This document shows positions 53,401-63,099 of a stretch of DNA of 64,000 nucleotides, piece by piece. The DNA is from Octopus vulgaris. Lineage: Eukaryota. Each line of letters begins with the position of its first letter. Positions within the stretch are counted from its first letter, which is position 1. Under the pieces are notes generated by a model. That model worked only from the letters and a program-made list of their open reading frames with translations, was not told the DNA's origin and did no database searches. The stretch lies in contig OX597839.1 of the NCBI GenBank assembly GCA_951406725.2, forward strand, positions 9,486,001-9,550,000, read 5' to 3'. Both the position numbers and the translations under genes were made by a program.

Positions 53401-56400
53401 TTGACCTGTAACACACTGCACCTAAATCTTCCTCAGACGCTACTCAACCATCATCATCATAATCACCATGGCCACCACTGTCAGCTTCATCATCTCTACC
53501 AACATTGCCAGCGTCAGTTATCATTTCTGTTACCATCATCACCACCACTACTACCACCACAAGTCACTTCTAACACCACCCCTACCAGCACCATCACTAT
53601 CATCATCTCTTATCGCTTGTCACCTCTGTAAACACTGTCATCATCATCATCCTTACCATCTCATTCACCTGCAGCACCACCATCATCTTCATCACCATCT
53701 GTCTTCTATCATCACCATCTGTCTTCAATCATCACCATCTGTCTTCTATCATCACCATCTGTCTTCTATATCACCATTTGTCTTCTATCATCACCATCTG
53801 TCTTCTATCATCACCATCTGTCTTCTATCATCACCATCTGTCTTCTATCATCACCATCTGTCTTCTATCATTACCATCTGTCTTCTATCATCACCATCTG
53901 TCTTCTATCATCACCATCTGTCTTCTATCATCACCATCTGTCTTCTATCATCACCATCTGTCTTCTATCATCACCATCTGTCTTCTATCATCACCATCTG
54001 TCTTCTATCATCACCATCTGTCTTCTATCATCACCATCTGTCTTCTATCATCACCATCTGTCTTCTATCATCACCATCTTCATCATCACCATCTGTCTTC
54101 TATCATCACCATCTGTCTTCTATCATCACCATCTGTCTTCTATCATCACCATCTGTCTTCTATCATCACCATCTGTCTTCTATCATCACCATCTGTCTTC
54201 TATCATCACCATCTGTCTTCTATCATCACCATCTGTCTTCTATCATCACCATCTGTCTTCTATCATCACCATCTGTCTTCTATCATCACCATCTGTCTTC
54301 TATCATCACCATCTGTCTTCTATCATCACCATCTGTCTTCTATCATCACCATCTGTCTTCTATCATCACCATCTGTCTTCTATCATCACCATTGTCTTCT
54401 ATCATCACCATCTGTCTTCTATCATCACCATTTGTCTTCTATCATCATCTGTCTTCTATCATCACCATCTGTCTTCTATCATCACCATCTGTCTTCTATC
54501 ATCACCATCTGTCTTCTATCATCACCATCTGTCTTCTATCATCACCATCTGTCTTCTATCATCACCATTGTGTCTTCTATCATCACCATCTGTCTTCTAT
54601 CATCACCATCTGTCTTCTATCATCACCATCTGTCTTCTATCATCACCATCTGTCTTCTATCATCACCATTTGTCTTCTATCATCACCATCTGTCTATCTA
54701 TCATCACCATCTGTCTTCTATCATACCATCTTCTATCATCACCATCTGTCTTCTATCATCACCATCTGTCTATCATCACCATCTATCATCACCATCTGTC
54801 TTCTATCATCACCATCTGTCTTCTATCATCACCATCTGCTTCTATCATCATTGTCTTCTATCATCACCATCTGTCTTCTATCATCACCATCTGTCTTCTA
54901 TCATCACCATCTGTCTTCTATCATCACCATCTGTCTTCTATCATCACCATCTGTCTTCTATCATCACCATCTGTCTTCTATCATCACCATCTGTCTTCTA
55001 TCATCACCATCTGTCTTCTATCATCACCATTGTCTTCCATCACCATCTGTCTTCTATCATCACCATCTGTCTTCTATCATCACCATCTGTCTTCTATCAT
55101 CACCATCTATCATCACCATCTGTCTTCTATCATCACCATCTGTCTTCTATCATCACCATCTGTCTTCTATCATCACCATCTGTCTTCTATCATCACCATC
55201 TGTCTTCTATCATCACCATCTGTCTTCTATCATCACCATCTGTCTTCTATCATCACCATCTGTCTTCTATCATCACCATCTGTCTTCTATCATCACCATC
55301 TGTCTTCTATCATCACCATCTGTCTTCTATCATCACCATCTGTCTTCTATCATCACCATCTGTCTTCTATCATCACCATCTGTCTTCTATCATCACCATC
55401 TGTCTTCTATCATCACCATCTGTCTTCTATCATCACCATCTGTCTTCTATCATCACCATCTGTCTTCTATCATCACCATCTGTCTTCTATCATCACCATC
55501 TGTCTTCTATCATCACCATCTGTCTTCTATCATCACCATCTGTCTTCTATCATCACCATCTGTCTTCTATCATCACCATCTGTCTTCTATCATCACCATC
55601 TGTCTTCTATCATCACCATCTGTCTTCATCACCATCTGTCTTCTATCATCACCATCTGTCTTCTATCATCACCATCTGTCTTCTATCATCACCATCTGTC
55701 TTCTATCATCACCATCTGTCTTCTATCATCACCATTTGTCTTCTATCATCACCATCTGTCTTCTATCATCACCATTTGTCTTCTATCATCACCATCTGTC
55801 TTCTATCATCACCATCTGTCTTCTATCATATCATCACCATCTGTCTTCTATCATCACCATCTGTCTTCTATCATCACCATCTGTCTTCTATCATCACCAT
55901 CTGTCTTCTATCATCACCATCTGTCTTCTATCATCACCATCTGTCTTCTATCATCACCATCTGTCTTCTATCATCACCATCTGTCTTCTATCATCACCAT
56001 CTGTCTTCTATCATCACCATCTGTCTTCTATCATCACCATTGTCTTCTATCATCACCATCTGTCTTCTATCATCACCATCTGTCTTCTATCATCACCATC
56101 ACCTGTCTTCTATCATCACCATCTGTCTTCTATCATCACCATTTGTCTTCTATCATCACCATTGTCTTCTATCATCACCATTGTCTTCTATCATCACCAT
56201 CTGTCTTCTATCATCACCATCTGTCTTCTATCATCACCATCTGTCTTCTATCATCACCATTTGTCTTCTATCATCTACCATCTGTCTTCTATCATCACCA
56301 TCTGTCTTCTATCATCACCATCTGTCTTCTATCATCACCATCTGTCTTCTATCATCACCATCTGTCTTCTATCATCATCTGTCTTCTATCATCACCATCT

Positions 56401-59400
56401 GTCTTCTATCATCACCATCTGTCTTCTATCATCACCATCTGTCTTCTATCATCACCATCTGTCTTCTATCATCACCATCTGTCTTCTATCATCACCATCT
56501 GTCTTCTATCATCACCATCTGTCTTCTATCATCACCATCTGTCTTCTATCATCACCATTTGTCTTCTATCATCACCATCTGTCTTCTATCATCACCATCT
56601 GTCTTCTATCATCACCATCTGTCTTCTATCATCACCATCTGTCTTCTATCATCACCATCTGTCTTCTATCATCACCATCTGTCTTCTATCATCACCATCT
56701 GTCTTCTATCATCACCATCTGTCTTCTATCATCACCATCTGTCTTCTATCATCACCATCTGTCTTCTATCATCACCATTTGTCTTCTATCATCACCATCT
56801 GTCTTCTATCATCACCATCTGTCTTCTATCATCACCATCTGTCTTCTATCATCACCATCTGTCTTCTATCATCACCATCTGTCTTCTATCATCACCATCT
56901 GTCTTCTATCATCACCATCTGTCTTCTATCATCACCATCTGTCTTCTATCATCACCATCTGTCTTCTATCATTACCATCTGTCTTCTATCATCACCATCT
57001 GTCTTCTATCATCACCATCTGTCTTCTATCATCACCATCTGTCATCTATCATCACCATCTGTCTTCTATCATCACCATCTGTCTTCTATCATCACCATTT
57101 GTCTTCTATCATCACCATTTGTCTTCTATCATCACCATCTGTCTTCTATCATCACCATTTGTCTTCTATCATCACCATCTGTCTTCTATCATCACCATTT
57201 GTCTTCTATCATCACCATCTGTCTTCTATCATCACCATCTGTCTTCTATCATTACCATCTGTCTTCTATCATTACCATCTGTCTTCTATCATCACCATCT
57301 GTCTTCTATCATCACCATTTGTCTTCTATCATCACCATCTGTCTTCTATCATTACCATCTGTCTTCTATCATCACCATCTGTCTTCTATCATCACCATCT
57401 GTCTTCTATCATCACCATCTGTCTTCTATCATCACCATCTGTCTTCTATCATCACCATCTGTCTTCTATCATCACCATCTGTCTTCTATCATCACCATCT
57501 GTCTTCTATCATCACCATCTGTCTTCTATCATCACCATTTGTCTTCTGTCATCACCGTGATCACCATCACTGTTCTCATCATGCGTCACCTCTGTCATCA
57601 CTTCTGCCATAATCATGTTCGTCAATATTGTCACGGCTACTGACTCCCTATATTTTATTTGGCCGCAGGAGGAGATAAATGTCAAAAGCAAAGAAGTTGT
57701 TAAAAAGAAGGAAAGGAAAGAAAAGGTAAGGTTATTGTTATTTAAAGATCTGTGTAAGCATTTGTGTGTGTACACTGGTATACCTTTCTTTGGTCTTACA
57801 ATTGTCTCCTTAATGTTGTTGTTTAGCCCAAGGTCAGTCCTGATCCTGTCGACCTATGATCAGTGGTGTTCTAGTTGTGACCATCTCTTTCCCTATGTGC
57901 AAGCAACTCAGAATTACATGTTTCTTTTTTCTAAGAAAGTAATGTGTAATATGTGGAGGCTCAATCGCCCAGTGGTTAGGGCAGCGGACTTGCGGTTGGA
58001 GAATCACGGTTCCAATTCCCAGACCGGGCGTTGTATGTGTTTATTGAGCGAAAGCACCTAAAGCTCCACGAGGCTCCGGCAGTGGGGGGTGGCGACCCCT
58101 GTTGTACTCTTTCGCCTCAACTTTCTCTCACCCTTTCTTCCAGTTTCTTAAGTAACGCTGCGATGGACTGGTGTCCTGTCCAGCTGGGGGGAACACATAC
58201 GCCATAGAAACCGGGAAACTGTTTGGCTAAAAACATTAATTAAAAAATCTGTGAGCCAAATTGAACAGATCCGGGTTGAGTAGGATCTTTTTTAAGTTAA
58301 TATTTTATAGCTGGGTGCCTTTCCTGATGCCAACACTTTTAGTTATTTCTTATGGCATGCAGAAGCAGTGTACCCATAAAAATAAATGAGCATAATACTT
58401 GAATATTTAATATATATATATATGTATATTTAATACACATGTGCACACACACACGCACACACACATGCCAGGGTTATCTGTACCAGTTTCCACCTGTCTA
58501 ATTCTACTCAAAACAATTTGTGGAGGCACATGGCCTAGTGGTTAGAGCAGCGAACTCGTGGTCGAGGGATCGCCGGTTCGAATCTCAGACTGGGTGATGT
58601 GTGTGTTAATGAGCGAAACACCTAAGCTCCATGCGGCTCCGGCAGAAGGTAATGGCGAACTTCTGCTGACTCTTTCGCCACAACTTTCTCTCACTCTTCC
58701 CTCCTGCATCATGCAGTTCACCTGCGACGGATCGGTGTCCCATGCAGGTGGGGAACCTATACGCCAAGAAACCGGGAAACCGGCCCCTTATGAGCCAGGC
58801 ATGGCTTGATAAGGAACAAACAACAGCTCAAAACAATTTGGTCTACTTGGAAGACTATCATAGAGGATGCCTACTCAAGTTTCCACCATGCATTGAATGA
58901 AACTAGAGCCATATGGTTGGGGTGGTTTAGTGTACCTCTTAATCACACAAACTTGCTTGTACCAAACGATATGTATTTATCATTTGTTGATATTTTAAAA
59001 CTTGTTTTTCCATCTTGTTTCAGTTCGATTATGCTCTGGCCTGGGGTAATTTGCAAATGTTTGATTTCAACCACCGCCTGCTTAGTGATAAAGTGGGGCT
59101 TCATTTGTGGCCAATGCCTCAAGGCATGGATGAACTTCTCAATCCTATAGGAATACCAGGTAAAAGCATTTCCCTTTCTCTGTTTTTCTTGGACTTTTCC
59201 CTTCTCAACCCTATTATTGTCTAGAAGAAATTCTTGGCTTGGCTTGGCTTGGTTTAGCTTGGCTTGACTTCATGCTCTTGCTTGACAGGGCTGGAGTCAT
59301 TCCAAGTTAGTGGTCCCAGAGGCATCATTTAGTGTAGAGCCACCAGTACTCTCTATCGCTGGCAGTCCCATGCCAACACCTCTGCATACTTCCAGATGGC

Positions 59401-62400
59401 AGAAAGCCTCTGGAGATCTTCTCCAATCACATTCAGCCATCTGGTGTGGGGCCTGCCATAAGGCCTCTTCTGGCCTGCAGCTGCTGCATTGAAAAATGTT
59501 AAAAGCTAGTTTGGCAATTCAGTTTCTTTTCTTTTTCTATTGTTGACACCTTTCTTAAGCTTCAGTGTTTCTCCCATATCAGTACAGTAGTCTCCCTTCT
59601 CTCCAGTCTTCATTCCTATATATTGGTAGTCTTCTTTCTTTACCTGATAGTAATTTTCCACTCCGACTCTGCATAACAGCCAACATAACATCCATTTTTG
59701 CTAGGAATTTGCTTTGGACACAGTATCTGTTTCCTGACTTGGCTTTTTATCAATATATACAAAATAAGGAAATGGAGTAATACATCTTAATCAATAGTAA
59801 ACTACCAGATAATACCCAATCACATAATTTATTAAACCACTACATATGAACATTAAGGTCAAACATAATAATATAGAACAAAACAATGTACATCAATGAG
59901 TAATGAGATACAATAAGTACAGTATGTATAAGTGAATATAAATAAATACAAATATTGTACTCACAACCCCTATCTCAATTTGTAATTTTTATCAATATAA
60001 ACATGTAAGACAACAATTGCAGCGTGGAAGGTGTTTGTAAGTCATTTAAGAAACACACAAAAGCCGTTCGATTCACTTCAACATTTAAGTTTAATTTGTC
60101 AAAATATTTTTGTTGTTTTAAGACCGTGACCTGTTAGCACAGATTTTTGTCAGTGAACAGGTCACGGTCTTAAAGCGATGAAAATATTTTGACAAATTAA
60201 ACTTAAATGTTGAAGTGAATTAAACGGCTTTTGTGTGTTTCTTAAATGACTTACAAACACCTTCCACGCTGCAATTGTTTTTGTTTCAGCACACGATCTC
60301 AGATCAAATCACTTGCTATGCAAGTACATCTCCGTAAAACATGTAAGAGATTCCAAGGAAGGAATAAACTTAAAGAATATATGTATGTGTGACAATTTTC
60401 AACATGTGAACATGTGTATATGTGTTTCATCATCATCATCATCATTTAACGTCCATTGTCCATGCTGACATGGGTTGGCCAGTTTGACCAGGGCTGGTAA
60501 GCTGAGGGCTGCACCAGACTCTAATCACATTTGGCATGGTTTCTACAACTGGATGCCCTTCCTAATGCCAACCACTCCGAGAGTGTAATGGGTGCTTTTA
60601 CATACCACCGGCACGGGTCCCAGATGCATGACCCCAGTTACTGCCATGCCTATGATTTCACTTGGCTTGATAGGTCGTCTGCTCAAGCACAGCATATTGC
60701 CAAAGGTCCTGGTCATTTGTCATTGCCTCTGTGAGGTCAAGCACTTGAAAGGTGCTTTTTACATGTCACTGGCACACATGCTAGTTATGTGACACCGGCA
60801 TTGACCACATTGCCTCTATGAGGCCTAACACTCAAAAGGTGCTTTTTATGCGCCAGTTATGTGACACCGGCGTTGACCATGACTGATTTCACTTGGCTTG
60901 ACGGGTCTTCTCAAGCCCAGCATATTGCCAAAGGTCTATCTATATGTTTTTTTTTTTAATAATATGCACCATCCGATCGTGGCCGTTTGCCAGCCTCGTC
61001 TGGCACCTGTGCCGGTGGCACGTAAAAAGCACCCACTACACTCATGGAGTGGTTGGCGTTAGGAAGGGCATTCAGCCGTAGAAACATTGCCAAATCAGGC
61101 TGGGCCTGGTGAAGCCTTCTGGCTTCCCAGACCCCAGTTGAACCGTCCAACCCATGCTAGCATGGAAAGCGGACGCTGAACGATGATGATGATGATGATG
61201 ATACACCATATCATATTGGATATTTTAATGTAACCAAAGTAATTTTTGCCACCTACTCTCCTTTTCTTCCTCTTCTCTGTTATGACGTACTTAATCTGTC
61301 GATTTCATTTCAGGTTCAAACCCAAACAAAGACTGTCCAAGTCTGGATATTGAATTTGACAAATTTTCCCATTCTGTAACGTTTGATATGGAAAAATTTG
61401 ATAGATATTCCAAACAGAACTCGTACGATGGTTACGTACAAGATGGCTATGTGGATGTGAGTAGTTCTTTTATCTATTAAACTGCTTTAGTTTTTAATTT
61501 GAGAAATGGAGAATTGTTGCATATGGAGTATTAGAATTTGGGCTTTATGCTTTCTTATTTGGTATTAACCCTTTAGCATTTAAACCTGCTATCTCAGGCT
61601 CAAATAGTCTACCTTTCCTAAGTTAAAACTGACCAGATCCAGCCTTTCTCACCTGGCCTACAGTGTCATTCTGAAAATAAGCAATTACATCAACGAAATC
61701 TTGAAGTTTTGAGATAATGCATTGTTAACTTAAAAATGTGAACAGATGTATGTCAATAATTGTTTCTAATAGACATGGACATACAGACATCTCAAAAAAA
61801 TTATTCTTTCCTGACCTTTTTGCACCATTTCCATCATGAAATTTACAGATAAGCTTAGTTACTCCCTTCAGAAACCACATACCCAGATATGCTTAAAAGT
61901 TATTATCAACAAAAAAAAACAAACTCTTAAAATATTGGGGGGGACAAACACAGACACACACACACATATATATACATATACACAACAGGCTTCTTTCAGT
62001 TTCCGTCTACGAAATCCATTCACAAGGCTTTGGTTGGCCCAAAGCTATAGTAGAAGACACTTGGCCAAGGTGCCACGCAGTGGGACTGAACCCAGAAACA
62101 TGTGGTTGGTAAGCAAGCTACTTACCACACAGCCACTCCTGCACCTATAAGATAAAATTTTTTTTAAAATTACCTTAACTTTAACCTTTTAGTACTTAGA
62201 TTATTCTCTCAAACGTAATAAATTCATATTGTTTTGAATTAATCAAGCATTATCTTGTTGCTTTGAGATTTTGATGTTGTGACTGTTTATTTTTAGAATC
62301 ACATGGGACAGATAGGAGAGGCCAGATCTGGTCAGTTTGAGCATAAAACATGTGGAATAATTTGTTCGACCGTGGTCGAGACAATGGAATTTACTATGCT

Positions 62401-63099
62401 ACGCCAGACTTCATGGTCCATCATAGCATTACGGAGGTCCTGGTGTTGGATGCCTGTATCCCTGGAGATTACATCAGGGTAGGAGAGTGTGCGCCCTCTG
62501 GTATCGCGAGTAGATGGCTTCTAGAGGAGAAGAGCAGAAATTACCTCGTTTTCAGCTCTACAACAATGTCCCACAAACTGGACTCTTCTACCTTTCCTAC
62601 CTTTCCAGCTATAGAAAATCTGCCTCACCAAATTCTGTCTGATCCATGCTAGCATAGGTCAGATGATAAAATAAATGCTGATTATGGAACCAGAATAAAA
62701 TTTAGTTGATAGAACTTTCAGCAAAAGTATACTCTGTGACTTCTGAGCTGTTAGTTTCAACTGTAGTATGTGATTGTTTTTATTTTTTTTTAACTATAAT
62801 TTAGTCTCTTAGGGTAAAAAGAGGACATAGGTTTTATTTTAAATTGTTTCTATTTTATTTTTTCTTTATGCCAGAATAAGCAAGACATTACCTGTGAGAG
62901 GGGACAGTTGTCTTGTGTGATCATAGTAAAATTTAGTTGAGAGAACTTTTTTGGTAAAAGTATAATCTGCAATCTGTTGGTTTCTATTCTAGTATATAAA
63001 TCCGGATGCTAAACAGATGAAACAACTAGAAGAACTAGTCAGCCGAGATCCTTTATCTGAACTTTCAGAACAAGAGATGCTTTTTGTATGGCAACTAAG
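33188..63099 (+). CDS. PIK3CA: PI3K class IA catalytic subunit p110alpha-like, spliced and 3'-incomplete: join(33188-33533,34962-35171,48104-48357,49652-49769,50740-50858,52197-52385,[57669-57725 optional],59024-59159,61314-61456,62993-63099)
   Basis: All exons have GT-AG boundaries with compatible phases. The translation follows human p110alpha from [10 protein letters not shown] through RDPLSE..EQE. Confidence 0.95.
34439..34486 (+). ncRNA. Type I minimal hammerhead ribozyme, sense to the PIK3CA intron
   Basis: GTCT-CTGATGA-tGGGATAT(ctttt)ATATCCTt-GAAA-CAGCTG-TA-AGAC; GUA cleavage triplet. Confidence 0.7.
34962..35171 (+). CDS. PIK3CA: PIK3CA coding exon 2 (ABD-RBD linker)
   Basis: (G)[10 protein letters not shown]...[11 protein letters not shown]...[10 protein letters not shown]...KKLNR. 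210 nt; ttag acceptor, gtaggt donor. Confidence 0.95.
35287..35617 (+). mobile_element. tRNA-derived SINE family D
   Basis: A and B boxes (GAGTTCGAATCC); matches 3799-4133. Confidence 0.8.
36188..36398. repeat. 18-bp tandem repeat GAAACTTACTTTGAAAGT, about 11 copies
   Basis: Seen directly in the sequence. Confidence 0.9.
36849..37069. mobile_element. Mariner-type MITE (GTGCTGAAAAGTTCCTGG TIR)
   Basis: TIRs present; copies at 38276-38921, 63600-63660 and 63850-64000. Confidence 0.7.
37727..38151 (+). mobile_element. SINE family A
   Basis: Full-length copy inside a mariner remnant. Confidence 0.85.
38444..38861. mobile_element. MITE family F copy nested in a mariner-type MITE
   Basis: TIRs present; it interrupts the element at 38276-38921. 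Confidence 0.8.
39170..39498 (-). mobile_element. RTE-like LINE fragment
   Basis: [30 protein letters not shown] resembles the RTE ORF C-terminal region. Confidence 0.6.
39499..40690 (-). mobile_element. Penelope-like element RT remnant
   Basis: [18 protein letters not shown] and [37 protein letters not shown] (PLE RT palm/thumb); disrupted. Confidence 0.75.
40760..41220 (+). mobile_element. Non-autonomous retroelement family E (internal GTGGCACGTAAAAAGCACC repeats, (GAT)n tail)
   Basis: GGTTGGCGTTAGGAAGGGCATCCAGC core. Copies at 4429-4626, 14460-14716, 17778-18148, 21880-22116, 22538-22810(-), 27301-27560(-), 28601-28806(-), 31475-31890(-), 49883-50277, 50451-50704, 60428-60940(-) and 60966-61202. 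Confidence 0.8.
41700..42111 (+). mobile_element. SINE family A
   Basis: Full-length copy with a (GTAAAAGA)n tail. Confidence 0.85.
42240..42790 (+). mobile_element. Second, unrelated Penelope-like RT thumb remnant
   Basis: [27 protein letters not shown]...P.YTK..IPYLQFL motifs across frameshifts. Confidence 0.55.
43519..44396 (+). mobile_element. Internally deleted Tc1/mariner (maT-like) element
   Basis: TIR CAGGGTGTTTAAGCTAAATTTGA; WQQDLAPCH and [16 protein letters not shown] motifs. Relatives at 31330-32500 and 51367-51812(-). Confidence 0.75.
46509..46822 (+). mobile_element. tRNA-derived SINE family C
   Basis: TGGCCTAGTGG A-box, GGGTTCGAATCTC B-box and (AAAC)n tail. Related copies at 7186-7295, 15055-15340(-), 34080-34206(-), 37255-37570(-), 52460-52830 and 57953-58220. 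Confidence 0.8.
47048..47411 (+). mobile_element. SINE family A
   Basis: Near full-length copy. Confidence 0.85.
48104..48357 (+). CDS. PIK3CA: PIK3CA coding exon 3 (Ras-binding domain)
   Basis: (E)[10 protein letters not shown]...RQKYSVKV...[13 protein letters not shown]...[22 protein letters not shown]. ccag acceptor, gtaagt donor. Confidence 0.95.
48383..48576 (+). mobile_element. LINE 3'-end fragment with (GAT)n tail
   Basis: Homologous reverse copy at 62362-62540. Confidence 0.65.
49354..49587 (-). mobile_element. SINE family A, 5' half
   Basis: Reverse partial copy; a similar partial lies at 61936-62146. Confidence 0.8.
49652..49769 (+). CDS. PIK3CA: PIK3CA coding exon 4 (end of RBD, linker)
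   Basis: [23 protein letters not shown]...PTYVQK(G). gcag acceptor, gtgagc donor. Confidence 0.92.
50740..50858 (+). CDS. PIK3CA: PIK3CA coding exon 5 (start of C2 domain)
   Basis: (G)[39 protein letters not shown]. ttcag acceptor, gtaaaa donor; the N345-equivalent is conserved. Confidence 0.92.
52197..52385 (+). CDS. PIK3CA: PIK3CA coding exon 6 (C2 domain)
   Basis: [15 protein letters not shown]...[10 protein letters not shown]...[20 protein letters not shown]. ctag acceptor, gtgagt donor. Confidence 0.95.
53690..57550. repeat. Minisatellite, 20-bp unit CATCACCATCTGTCTTCTAT, about 190 copies
   Basis: Near-perfect tandem array with degenerate (CAT/CAC)n flanks. Confidence 0.99.
57669..57725 (+). 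CDS. PIK3CA: Candidate 57-nt in-frame cassette exon [19 protein letters not shown] in the C2 polybasic loop
   Basis: Branch-point-like TACTGAC near 57638, pyrimidine tract, gcag acceptor and AAG|gtaagg donor. Phase 0/0 matches the flanking exons; purine-rich, no stop codon. Confidence 0.7.
58519..58825 (+). mobile_element. SINE family C
   Basis: Near-identical to 46509-46822. Confidence 0.8.
59024..59159 (+). CDS. PIK3CA: PIK3CA coding exon 7 (C2 domain)
   Basis: [15 protein letters not shown]...[20 protein letters not shown](G). ttcag acceptor, gtaaaa donor. Confidence 0.95.
60012..60338. mobile_element. Second copy of the palindromic PLE-like element
   Basis: Same arms and tail as 29878-30213, with a different central junction. 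Confidence 0.75.
61314..61456 (+). CDS. PIK3CA: PIK3CA coding exon 8 (end of C2, linker); too short for the ORF track
   Basis: (G)[27 protein letters not shown]...DGYVD matches human GSNPNKETPCLELEFD. ttcag acceptor, gtgagt donor. Confidence 0.93.
62993..63099 (+). CDS. PIK3CA: PIK3CA coding exon 9 (start of helical domain, E542/E545 region); too short for the ORF track
   Basis: [35 protein letters not shown](R). ctag acceptor, AG|gtaagt donor, phase 2. Confidence 0.93.

Noticed and set aside
53690-57550. CRISPR-like array
   Set aside because: The repeats are contiguous with no unique spacers, there are no cas genes, and the context is eukaryotic.
53468-57643. Three ORFs of 1014-1391 aa rich in His/Ser/Ile
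   Set aside because: They are artefacts of a stop-free 20-bp repeat: all three frames give the same peptide and frequent indels swap frames. The region is intronic.
62875-62925. Possible extra exon [17 protein letters not shown] before the helical exon
   Set aside because: The acceptor is good, but the donors are weak or frame-shifting and the peptide has no PI3K similarity.
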